From Actinomycetes bacterium (GTDB taxonomy: Bacteria > Actinomycetota > Actinomycetes > Nanopelagicales > Nanopelagicaceae): a DNA stretch of 64,000 nt. The notes beneath the pieces are model-generated. The model searched no databases and was not told the origin of the DNA. It saw only the letters and a program-made list of their open reading frames with translations. Below are positions 42,486 to 51,089 of this stretch, piece by piece; position 1 is the first letter of the stretch; the number at the start of each line of letters is the position of its first letter. The stretch is from the NCBI GenBank assembly GCA_025355765.1, contig JANXZB010000037.1, positions 689 through 64,688 of the forward strand, read 5' to 3'. The translations under genes and the position numbers were made by a program.

Positions 42486-42755
42486 ATGGTCATGAAATCC
42501 TTTGATGAGCTCTGGGCCGAACTTCAATTGACCATGATTGAACGACCAGCGAACTCTGGGACGATCGCGGCCGTCGATGCGGGAGTGCACTCCATTGGAA
42601 AGAAAATTCTCGAGGAGGCTGGCGAGGTCTGGCTAGCTGGCGAACATGAAGGGGATGAGCAGTTGGCCGAAGAAATAAGCCAGCTGCTCTACCACCTGCA
42701 GACCATGATGCTGGCAAGAGGGATCTCCCTCGACGACGTTTACCGATACCTCTAG
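42486..42755 (+). CDS. hisE: Phosphoribosyl-ATP diphosphatase
   Basis: 87-89 aa with SFDELWAEL......P..S.T and MazG-like helices. The ATG at 42492 is an equally good start. Confidence 0.9.
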   Translation: MVMKSFDELWAELQLTMIERPANSGTIAAVDAGVHSIGKKILEEAGEVWLAGEHEGDEQLAEEISQLLYHLQTMMLARGISLDDVYRYL

Positions 42756-42765
42756 GGAGATTTCT

Positions 42766-43611
42766 GTGTTGAGAATTGCTGTTCCAAATAAGGGATCCCT
42801 TTCTGAAGCCGCCGCAGAAGTCTTGCGCGAAGCCGGGTATAGACAGCGCACCAACTCTCGCGATTTGGTGCTCGCCGATCCTGATAACGGGGTCGAGTTC
42901 TACTATCTGCGTCCGAGGGACATCGCCATCTACGTTGGATCTGGTGAACTTGAAGCTGGAATAACGGGGCGAGATCTCCTGCTCGACTCTGGGGCGCCTG
43001 CACAAGAGGTGCTTGAACTAGGTTTTGGAGCATCGACCTTCCGATTTGCCGGCGGCGTGGGACGCGATTGGTCGCTAGGCGACATCAATGGAAAACGAGT
43101 GGCCACTTCATATCCTGGTCTTGTCGGAAATTACCTCGCGGAGGCGCACATTACGGCCACGGTTGTGCGATTGGATGGCGCTGTTGAAAGCAGTGTGCGT
43201 TTGGGAGTTGCCGACATCGTTGCCGACGTCGTGGAAACCGGAGCCTCGTTGCGACAGGCCGGACTCATAACATTCGGAGAACCCATTCTTACGAGTGAGG
43301 CCGTTCTCATTCAGCGCCAAAATGCTGTTCCAGCTCCGGGCCTTGAGATTCTCATCCGTCGCTTGCAGGGCGTCATTATTGCAAGGCGATATGTTCTTCT
43401 GGATTACGATGTTCCTAAAGACCTTGTTGAGAAAGCTTGCGCAATTACTCCTGGTCTGGAATCACCGACGATATCGCCTCTGCAGAAGACAGATTGGGTA
43501 GCCGTTCGCGCGATGGTTCAAAAAAAGGAAACCAATCAAGTTATGGATGCCCTGTGGGGACTTGGCGCGCGTGGGATTCTCGTTACTGATATTCACGCTT
43601 GCAGGCTCTGA
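42766..43611 (+). CDS. hisG: ATP phosphoribosyltransferase (long form)
   Basis: 281 aa with the MLRIAVPNKGSLSE N-terminus and a C-terminal regulatory domain. GTG start. Confidence 0.94.
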   Translation: MLRIAVPNKGSLSEAAAEVLREAGYRQRTNSRDLVLADPDNGVEFYYLRPRDIAIYVGSGELEAGITGRDLLLDSGAPAQEVLELGFGASTFRFAGGVGRDWSLGDINGKRVATSYPGLVGNYLAEAHITATVVRLDGAVESSVRLGVADIVADVVETGASLRQAGLITFGEPILTSEAVLIQRQNAVPAPGLEILIRRLQGVIIARRYVLLDYDVPKDLVEKACAITPGLESPTISPLQKTDWVAVRAMVQKKETNQVMDALWGLGARGILVTDIHACRL

Positions 43612-44807
43612 TCAGCCTCAACATCTTCCCTTGCAATACCCATCAAGTACAGAACGCTATCTAGGTAAGGCTGATTAACAGCGCTATCGGCGGCAGCACG
43701 AACCGCGGGTTTGGCATTGAAAGCAATCCCTAACCCAGCCGCGGCGATCATGTCCAAATCATTTGCGCCATCGCCGATGGCGATCGTCTGGTCGATGCCT
43801 ACGCCGGCGAGTTCTGCAAAGTCCTTGAGGGCGACTGCTTTAGCGGCTCTGTCGATTACCACGCCAGTGGTGTGACCGGTTAAGACACCTTCTGAGATTT
43901 CCAAACTATTGGCTCGGTAATGTTCGATTCCGAGTTCTTTCAATAACGGCTCGATCACTTCTATGAATCCGCCCGTTACTACTGCGACGGTGTGTCCGAT
44001 GCGTTGGAGAGTACGAACCAAAGTTCGAGCCCCCGGCGTCAGTGAAATTTCGGCTCTGACTTCTTCGATGACTGATTCGGGAAGGCCCTTGAATAGGGCG
44101 ACACGAGCTTTTAGGGATTGAGCGAAATCCAATTCCCCGCGCATCGCCGCCTGCGTGATCTCTCGGACCTCGGTCTCCACTCCAGCTTTGGCAGCCAGGA
44201 GTTCTATTACTTCCTGTTGGATCAAAGTTGAATCCACATCCATCAGCACTAACTTCTTGGCCCACCTCATCAAGCCGCCCTTCTGCACCGCAATGTCGAC
44301 GCCTTGGTCAACAGAGAGGGCTGCTAGGGCAGATTGAATTTCTTGTTGAGAAGAACCGGAGATGACAAATTCAAAAGCCGAGATTGGATATGAAGCGGTT
44401 CGGTAGATCCGTTCGATATTGGCCCCTTGTTCGGCGATTTCACCTGCAATGGCCGCAATCGCACCGGGTTTGAGTGGGTTGCCTAGTGCGGTTACATGAA
44501 GGAGGCCGGACTTGGCTGCGATGGATTCCGGGTTGGAATGAGAGAAGGAGACCGCGATATCCACTTCGAGGCTGGCCGCGCACTCAGAGAGGTCAGATTC
44601 AATGGCCGCGGCATGACTGGGGTTGAGTGAGATGAGCACGGTCAAGATCAACCGTTCGCGTATGACGACCTGCTCGATATCCAGGATCGTCACAGCAAAA
44701 GCAGACAGGGCGCTAAAGAGGGCCTGGGTGATCCCGGGTGAATCCTGTCCAGAAAGGAGGATGAGACCCGTGTATGGGTGGGGACCAGGTTCGAGTGTGA
44801 CGGACAT
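43593..44807 (-). CDS. serB: Phosphoserine phosphatase SerB with tandem N-terminal ACT domains (SerB2-like)
   Basis: 404 aa with two ACT-like modules followed by a HAD core (LVLMDVDSTLI ... GDGANDL). Confidence 0.9.
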   Translation of the reverse strand: MSVTLEPGPHPYTGLILLSGQDSPGITQALFSALSAFAVTILDIEQVVIRERLILTVLISLNPSHAAAIESDLSECAASLEVDIAVSFSHSNPESIAAKSGLLHVTALGNPLKPGAIAAIAGEIAEQGANIERIYRTASYPISAFEFVISGSSQQEIQSALAALSVDQGVDIAVQKGGLMRWAKKLVLMDVDSTLIQQEVIELLAAKAGVETEVREITQAAMRGELDFAQSLKARVALFKGLPESVIEEVRAEISLTPGARTLVRTLQRIGHTVAVVTGGFIEVIEPLLKELGIEHYRANSLEISEGVLTGHTTGVVIDRAAKAVALKDFAELAGVGIDQTIAIGDGANDLDMIAAAGLGIAFNAKPAVRAAADSAVNQPYLDSVLYLMGIAREDVEADQSLQA

Positions 44808-44869
44808 GGGGTGAGGTTATCGCGTCTGCGGAGTGCGACGTGCCAGAGAGGCGCTATCTTTCTATCTCT

Positions 44870-45658
44870 ATGAATCCTCGAACAATTCTCGCCCTAACTG
44901 ACGTCAGCGTCCGCAAGGCAGACCGGATCATCTTGGGGCCGGTCAATTTCTCGGTCACCGAAGGGGAGCGGTGGGCAATACTTGGCCCCAACGGAGCCGG
45001 TAAGTCGACGCTCATAAAGTTGTTGGCTGCAATGAGTTTCCCCACGATGGGCCATGTTGAGATTCTTGGAAACGCGATGGGGCGGGTGGATGTTTTTGAG
45101 CTCCGTCCGCGGATCGGATTTTGCAGTTCTGTCATGGCTGATCACATTCCTGAAGACGAACTAGTTCGGGACGTAGTCCTGACTGCCGCCTATGCAATCT
45201 TAGGCAGATGGAACGAGGAATACGACCTCTGGGATGAATCGCGGGCGATTGCTCTCCTGACGACATTCGGCGTGCGCAATCTTGGCGATCGCGAATTCGG
45301 AACATTGAGTGAAGGCGAACGCAAACGAGTTCAGATTTGCCGGGCCCTAATGGCAGATCCAGAAATATTGCTCCTGGACGAGCCCGCAGCAGGTCTGGAT
45401 CTGGGCGGTCGAGAAGACTTGCTCACCAGATTTGCGAACTTCTCACGAGACCCGGCGGCTCCAGCAACCATCTTGGTCACCCATCACATCGAAGAGATTC
45501 CCGAGGGAACCACGCACGCCCTCCTGATGAAAGATGGCCTTATCACGGTTTCGGGACCAATAGCTGACGTGATTACTTCTGAGCACATCAGCGCAGTATT
45601 TGGACTCCCCATCACCGTACAGAAGGAAGGCTCTCGCTTCTTCGCTAAGGCACTATGA
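44870..45658 (+). CDS. Solitary ABC-transporter ATP-binding protein (YlmA-like), no adjacent permease
   Basis: Has Walker A (GPNGAGKST), the signature motif (LSEGERKR) and Walker B (LLLDEP). I chose the ATG at 44870 as the start (the ORF track uses a GTG at 44840). Confidence 0.85.
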   Translation: MNPRTILALTDVSVRKADRIILGPVNFSVTEGERWAILGPNGAGKSTLIKLLAAMSFPTMGHVEILGNAMGRVDVFELRPRIGFCSSVMADHIPEDELVRDVVLTAAYAILGRWNEEYDLWDESRAIALLTTFGVRNLGDREFGTLSEGERKRVQICRALMADPEILLLDEPAAGLDLGGREDLLTRFANFSRDPAAPATILVTHHIEEIPEGTTHALLMKDGLITVSGPIADVITSEHISAVFGLPITVQKEGSRFFAKAL

Positions 45659-46302
45659 AGATTCTCGAGGGAGTGCACCTCGAATGGATTGCAGCACTGA
45701 CCAATGTGCTCGGTGAAATTGAGCGAATTGAGAGTTCACTTCGTGGGCTCTCATTCAATCCAACACCGGAGAATATTTTCAGAGCGCTCCGCCAACCGCT
45801 TTCTACGACATCGGTAGTGATCTTTGGACAAGATCCCTACCCGACACCCAGTCACGCGATAGGACTGGCGTTCTCTGTGCCAGCCGATATCCGCCCGATC
45901 CCTAAGACTTTGACCAACATTTTTCGTGAACTTCAAGATGACATAGGTTGCGCGACGCCTTCTTCGGGGGACCTAACGGCTTGGGCGATTCAGGGGGTTG
46001 CACTGGTGAACCGAATTCTTACCGTGCCGCAAGGAAAAAGCGGCGGTCATGCGAAATTCAATTGGCAGATAGTCACCAATGAGATTGCCAAGATTCTAGG
46101 CGAGCGAGACGTCGTTGCGATTTTGTGGGGAAACTACGCGCAGCAACTCTCGCCGTATTTTCCGAGTCATTTGACGATTTCTTCTCCGCACCCAAGTCCG
46201 CTATCAGCATACAGAGGGTTCTTCGGGTCGAAACCTTTTAGTAAGACCAATCAATTGCTCGCCAAGGAGTCGAAACGAGCAATTGATTGGTCCCTAACCT
46301 AA
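45655..46302 (+). CDS. ung: Uracil-DNA glycosylase (family 1)
   Basis: 215 aa with the motifs GQDPYP and SSPHPSPLS. Confidence 0.92.
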   Translation: MKILEGVHLEWIAALTNVLGEIERIESSLRGLSFNPTPENIFRALRQPLSTTSVVIFGQDPYPTPSHAIGLAFSVPADIRPIPKTLTNIFRELQDDIGCATPSSGDLTAWAIQGVALVNRILTVPQGKSGGHAKFNWQIVTNEIAKILGERDVVAILWGNYAQQLSPYFPSHLTISSPHPSPLSAYRGFFGSKPFSKTNQLLAKESKRAIDWSLT

Positions 46303-46304
46303 CT

Positions 46305-47774
46305 TCAGCCGATCCAGACGTTGATTAGTGCAGTGAAGAAATAAATCACGAACAGGACTGATACCAAAAACAGCAGCGGATGAATTTCTTTGTGCCGTTT
46401 TTGAATCAATCGGATGACCACGTGGGAGATAAAGCCCGCGCCGATGCCGACAGAGATGCTGTAGGTAAATGGCATCAAGATGATTGTGAGGAATGCAGGA
46501 ATTGCGATTCCGTAATCTTCCCAATCCACCTGCTTGATCTGCGTCATCATCAAGAATCCGACAATCACCAATGCAGGTGTCGCCGCCTCGTAAGGGATGA
46601 TCGCGACGAGTGGGGCTAGGAAGGTTGCGAACAAGAAGCAAATTCCCGTAACGACGGAAGCCAGACCAGTTCGTGCTCCTTCACCGACACCTGATGCCGA
46701 CTCTATATAGGAAGTGTTTGAGGAAATGCTTGCGGCACCACCTGCTACCGCGGCAAGTGAGTCGACAAAGAGAATCTGTTCAGTCTTGGGAATATATCCC
46801 TTTGAATCCACTAAACCAGCTTCGGTTGCGATTGCGGTCACGGTCCCGACGGTGTCAAAGAAGTCAGAGAGCAGGAGAGTAAAGATCAATAACACTGCCG
46901 AGATCACTGAAATTCTGCTAAATGAACCCAGAAGACTGAAGTGTCCGAGAAGCCCGAAGTCCGGCTTGTCAATGATCTTGGACGGAACCGTCGGAACGTT
47001 CAATCCCCAACCTTTCGGGTTGAATTGCGTTGGCGAGATGAAGCTCGGGCCGATCTTGAAAGCTTTCTCAATAAGGACCGCGGCAATAGTGCCAAATGCG
47101 ATACCGATTAATAGAGCACCTTTAACCTTCTTGACCATGAGCCCGATCATCAGGAACAGACCGAATGCAAAGACAACAATTGGCCAGCCAACGAGGGTTC
47201 CGTTGTCACCGAGAGTCACAGGAACAGGCCCAGTGCCCGTGCGACGGACGAAACCAGAATCGACCAGACCGATCAATGCGATGAAAAGTCCGATTCCTAC
47301 TGAAATCGCAATCTTGAGTTGCTGAGGTACCGCGCGAAATACCGCAGTTCTAAAACCAGTCAGTACAAGAATTGTGATGATCAAGCCTTCTATCACGATA
47401 AGACCCATTGCATCGGCCCAGGACATCTTCGTTGCGATGCCAACGGCAACAAAAGTATTCAGTCCAAGACCGGTGGCAAGGGCAATCGGGAAGTTGGCGA
47501 CTAAACCCATCAAGATGGTGATTACTCCGGCAACCAGAGCGGTTGCTGCGGCAATCATTGCCAGATTGGGATGAGAGCCATCACCACCGAGGTACTTTCC
47601 GTCTGCATCTTTGGTCAGGCCGATGATTAAAGGATTGAGGGCGACGATATAAGCCATTGTGAAGAAGGTGACAACACCACCGCGGATTTCGCGACCTATG
47701 GTTGATCCTCGTTCGGAGATCTTGAAATAAGTATCGAGCACGACTTCCCCTTTGCTGTGTGGGTATCGGGGCAT
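46305..47774 (-). CDS. NCS2/AzgA-family purine (adenine/guanine/hypoxanthine) permease
   Basis: 489 aa, polytopic, with the typical AzgA/PbuG N-terminus (YFKISERGST.GREIRGG..TF.TMAYI...NP). Confidence 0.88.
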   Translation of the reverse strand: MPRYPHSKGEVVLDTYFKISERGSTIGREIRGGVVTFFTMAYIVALNPLIIGLTKDADGKYLGGDGSHPNLAMIAAATALVAGVITILMGLVANFPIALATGLGLNTFVAVGIATKMSWADAMGLIVIEGLIITILVLTGFRTAVFRAVPQQLKIAISVGIGLFIALIGLVDSGFVRRTGTGPVPVTLGDNGTLVGWPIVVFAFGLFLMIGLMVKKVKGALLIGIAFGTIAAVLIEKAFKIGPSFISPTQFNPKGWGLNVPTVPSKIIDKPDFGLLGHFSLLGSFSRISVISAVLLIFTLLLSDFFDTVGTVTAIATEAGLVDSKGYIPKTEQILFVDSLAAVAGGAASISSNTSYIESASGVGEGARTGLASVVTGICFLFATFLAPLVAIIPYEAATPALVIVGFLMMTQIKQVDWEDYGIAIPAFLTIILMPFTYSISVGIGAGFISHVVIRLIQKRHKEIHPLLFLVSVLFVIYFFTALINVWIG

Positions 47775-47839
47775 GCCCCGTGCGGTTTCACGGCCCGCAA
47801 GACGGAGGAAGATGGGCAGAGGCTATCGTGCAGGCTGTA

Positions 47840-48517
47840 TTACTGATGAGTAAGTCGAGCTAAGATTCCACAGGAAATTGCAATCGCCTGGCCGATAAAG
47901 AGGGCGAAAAGGCCCGTTCCCAGGCCAACTCGTCCGCCGAGGAGGAAGCCAAGGGTCAGGACCAGAGCTTCGATGCCCAGGCGCACTCGGCCAACCCTTA
48001 CCCCGGTGCGGCGATGGATACCAGTCATCCAGCCATCGCGGGGCCCCGGGCCAAGACCGGTGGAGATGTAGAGAGCCGAGGCAACGCCGACCAGGATGAT
48101 CCCAATAAGGGCGAAAGCCAAGCCAGGTAGAAACTGACTCTGCCGGGGAAAGAAATCCACACCAACTTGCAGGGCCGCAGGAATCACTAAGAAGTTGAGA
48201 AAGGTGCCAAAGCCAGGTTTTTCGCGAAGAGGTATCCACAGGAGCAAGACGACGCAACTGATCAACCAGGTGGACCAACCCAGATTGATTCCAGTGCGGC
48301 GAGATATGCCTTCGGATAGAACGATCCATGGCGAATTGCCTAAGCGCGATTGCACCAATAAGGATTCCCCAATTCCGAAGAGAAAAAGTGAGGCGGCAAG
48401 AATCGCAACGCGCATGGGTGCCAGATCCCATCGCGATTTCGCACGCCAAGGGGTTATCGGGATTGTCCGGTGTGGTCGGAAGAATTCAATAAGACGACTC
48501 ATGAATCCAGAGGGCAT
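47840..48517 (-). CDS. YczE/YitT-like integral membrane protein
   Basis: 225 aa with about five to six TM helices and the motif G.G.SL.....LG.SPW.VL..G. The family assignment is by recollection only. Confidence 0.5.
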   Translation of the reverse strand: MPSGFMSRLIEFFRPHRTIPITPWRAKSRWDLAPMRVAILAASLFLFGIGESLLVQSRLGNSPWIVLSEGISRRTGINLGWSTWLISCVVLLLWIPLREKPGFGTFLNFLVIPAALQVGVDFFPRQSQFLPGLAFALIGIILVGVASALYISTGLGPGPRDGWMTGIHRRTGVRVGRVRLGIEALVLTLGFLLGGRVGLGTGLFALFIGQAIAISCGILARLTHQ

Positions 48518-48585
48518 TGAGGGAGGCTACCTCATGAGGCGAGAGCCATGGCGTGGATTAAGACTCATATAGCATTGCCGACACA

Positions 48586-49335
48586 ATGAAGTTTGCGATC
48601 TTTCCGGGTATCGGCACCTTAGTCAATATAGTCGCGATCATCGCTGGCTCCACACTCGGGGTTCTTGTCGGAGGCAGGATGCCGATGCGAACTAGAAACC
48701 TGCTCACTGACGTTCTTGGAATCACTGTCATACTCGGCGGAGCCAGTGCATTGATAAGCCTCTGGTCGCCACGGTTTGTGCACTCTCTGCCAACAGGATG
48801 GACGCTTCTGTCCATTTTGGCAGCACTCTTGATCGGCGGCCTTATCGGTTCGGCGGTGCGTATTGAGGATCGCCTGGACGGATTAGGTGAAAAATTGCGC
48901 GTAAGGTTTGGCGCATCAAGTGAAGGACATTTTGTTGAAGGCTTTGTCTCGGCTTCCCTTATTTTTGCCATCGGGCCCCTTGCAATTCTGGGCAGCATTA
49001 GCGATGGAATGTCCACGGGAATCGATCAACTCATTCTCAAAAGCACCCTCGATTTCTTCACCGCAATGGCCTTCGCTGCCTCACTAGGTTGGGGGGTCGC
49101 GTTTTCTGCTCTTCCTGTCGGCATCTATCAAGGATTCTGGACTCTTATCGGCGTTGGGCTCGGAAGTATTCTGAGCGGATACCAAGTCGATGCGATGACG
49201 GCCGTGGGTGGCGTTTTACTCCTTGGCATCGGACTCAAGTTGCTCAAGATGAAGGAGATCGCGGTAGGGAATCTCCTACCGGCGTTGGTGGTTGCCCCGC
49301 TATTTGTATGGGGGATACACGCTTTTACCCGCTGA
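48586..49335 (+). CDS. DUF554 family membrane protein
   Basis: 249 aa with the N-terminus MKFAIFPGIGTLVNIVAIIAGSTLGVL.G.R.P and a Gly-rich polytopic profile typical of DUF554 (YdfK-like). Confidence 0.65.
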   Translation: MKFAIFPGIGTLVNIVAIIAGSTLGVLVGGRMPMRTRNLLTDVLGITVILGGASALISLWSPRFVHSLPTGWTLLSILAALLIGGLIGSAVRIEDRLDGLGEKLRVRFGASSEGHFVEGFVSASLIFAIGPLAILGSISDGMSTGIDQLILKSTLDFFTAMAFAASLGWGVAFSALPVGIYQGFWTLIGVGLGSILSGYQVDAMTAVGGVLLLGIGLKLLKMKEIAVGNLLPALVVAPLFVWGIHAFTR

Positions 49336-49338
49336 GAA

Positions 49339-50379
49339 CTAGAAACTCGCCCCGTCGATCACAAATCGATATTTAACATCGCTGGCTACCGTCCGTTCGT
49401 ATGCCGTGTTGGCGTAATCGGCTTGAATGACTTCCACATCGCTCACGATGTTGTGAACTCCGCAGAAATCGAGCATTTCTTGAATTTCAGCGACGCCGCC
49501 GACTTGCGATCCAGCCAAGGAGCGCCTTGCACCAAGAAGTACGCCTGCACCTACAGAATAAGGCTTGCCTGGTAAGCCGATTACAACAAGTGTGCCATCA
49601 AGACTCAACATGTTTAAGTACGCACTGATATCGAGTTCGGCTGAAACCGTATTCAAGATTAAGTCATAACTTCTTGACAGATCCTTAAGAGTGGCTGGAT
49701 CTCTGGTGAGAATGAAATGATCAGCGCCCATTGCAAGGGCATCCGATTCTTTCTGGGACGAATGTGAGAAAACAGTAACCTCGGCGCCGAGAGCTTTGGC
49801 GAATTTCACCCCCATGTGGCCCAACCCGCCAAGGCCGACAATTCCAACCCTGGTCCCCGATTTTGCATTCCAGTGCTTAAGGGGGGAGTAAAGAGTTATG
49901 CCGGCGCAGAGCAACGGAGCCACACCCGCAAGGTCAAGATTATTTGGAATATGCACTGCGAAATCTGCATCGACAACGAAATTATTTGAGTAGCCGCCGA
50001 AGGCAATGGTTTTCCCATCGCGCTCGAGGCTGTTGTATGTCCCAGTATTGCCATTCTCGCAATATTGTTCGAGACCTTTCTTACAACTGGCGCATGTTCG
50101 GCAAGAATCGATGAAGACGCCAATGCCTATTCGGTCGCCAACTTTGAATTTGGACACAGCAGAGCCGATCGCCGTTACCGTCCCGGCGATTTCGTGTCCG
50201 GGCACCATTGGAAATATCGATGGGCCCCATTCCTCGCGGACTTGGTGGATATCTGAATGACAGATTCCGGCATAGGCGATGTCGAGTGCAACGTCATTTG
50301 GCCGCAACTCGCGACGTTCGAATTCAAATGGTTCCAGGGAGGATGTAGAAGATTGGGCTGCGAGTCCGCGAGATTTCAT
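49339..50379 (-). CDS. Zinc-dependent NAD(P)-dependent alcohol dehydrogenase (cinnamyl-ADH/AdhC-like)
   Basis: Has GICHSDIH, a structural-zinc Cys cluster (C..C..C......C) and GLGGLGH. I took the start at the internal ATG (MKSRGLAAQ...). The ORF-track extension to 50532 runs into tdk. Confidence 0.88.
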   Translation of the reverse strand: MKSRGLAAQSSTSSLEPFEFERRELRPNDVALDIAYAGICHSDIHQVREEWGPSIFPMVPGHEIAGTVTAIGSAVSKFKVGDRIGIGVFIDSCRTCASCKKGLEQYCENGNTGTYNSLERDGKTIAFGGYSNNFVVDADFAVHIPNNLDLAGVAPLLCAGITLYSPLKHWNAKSGTRVGIVGLGGLGHMGVKFAKALGAEVTVFSHSSQKESDALAMGADHFILTRDPATLKDLSRSYDLILNTVSAELDISAYLNMLSLDGTLVVIGLPGKPYSVGAGVLLGARRSLAGSQVGGVAEIQEMLDFCGVHNIVSDVEVIQADYANTAYERTVASDVKYRFVIDGASF

Positions 50380-50404
50380 GGAAGCCTTTCGAAAGGTCGG
50401 GGGA

Positions 50405-51049
50405 TTAGGTGTTAAAGGGCAAAGGATCAATGGACGTGTGCGCGGCTTTGGAGGCGCGCGCCGTAACTTGGCGCATGTGGTGGCGTCGACAGAGTACTTC
50501 ATATCCAACTGCCTGGCCTGCCAACACATCACCTACGACAACCTGCTCGCCTTCGGTGATCATCACGCCCCCGAGGGTTCGGGCATTGTGAGTGGCTCGG
50601 GCACCGCACCAGCAGAGAGCTTCGACCTGCAGGGTGTTCACGCGATCGGCTAACTCAATAAGGCGGGCCGATCCAGGAAAGAGCGATGTACGAAAATCTG
50701 TGAGGATCCCAAAGGCAAAGACATCGATACTCAATCCATCAACGATTTTTGCCAGCTGTTCAATTTGTGCCGGCTGGTAGAACTGCGCTTCATCACAAAT
50801 GACGTAATCGATCCGCTCACCCATGGAAAGCTGATCTACAACGAAGCGATGGATATCCAGATCTGAGTCAACTTCGAGTGCTTGGCGTTGCAGCCCCAGA
50901 CGAGACGAGATGACGCCACTTCCAGCTCGATCTTTGCTGGTGAACATCAGACCAGTGCGCCCTCGGCTCTGGTGGTTGTGGGCGGTCTGTAATGCAAGGG
51001 TCGACTTTCCGCTGTCCATCGTCCCGCAATAGTAAATTAACTCAGCCAC
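50405..51049 (-). CDS. tdk: Thymidine kinase
   Basis: 214 aa with the P-loop GTMDSGKST and a C-terminal zinc-ribbon/lasso region (CWCG...H...). Confidence 0.92.
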   Translation of the reverse strand: MAELIYYCGTMDSGKSTLALQTAHNHQSRGRTGLMFTSKDRAGSGVISSRLGLQRQALEVDSDLDIHRFVVDQLSMGERIDYVICDEAQFYQPAQIEQLAKIVDGLSIDVFAFGILTDFRTSLFPGSARLIELADRVNTLQVEALCWCGARATHNARTLGGVMITEGEQVVVGDVLAGQAVGYEVLCRRHHMRQVTARASKAAHTSIDPLPFNT

Positions 51050-51089
51050 GGCATTGATCTTGCCACAAAATGAACCCCACCAAATAACT

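Noticed and set aside
41732-42505. A 257-aa alternative-frame ORF overlapping the PnuX-like transporter gene.
   Set aside because: It is an Arg/Gly/Ser-rich nonsense-like translation that starts inside the riboswitch expression platform. The +1-shifted frame gives a coherent polytopic PnuC-like protein with a proper RBS.
47775-47839. A possible purine riboswitch upstream of the AzgA-type purine permease (minus strand).
   Set aside because: Only ~65 nt are available. The reverse complement lacks the conserved purine-aptamer loops and junction (no UAUA...GGAU...CCGUAAA-type blocks). I see only a short CCGTG/CACGG hairpin.
49339-50532. N-terminal extensions in the ORF track. Examples are ADH to 50532, pyrD from 30797, aroC from 17894, the lipoprotein from 8864, the secreted paralogues from 53410, 54486 and 55452, and the transporter from 41727.
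   Set aside because: The extensions overlap upstream genes, terminators or the riboswitch and lack homology. Internal starts give canonical N-termini or signal peptides and sensible RBS spacing.
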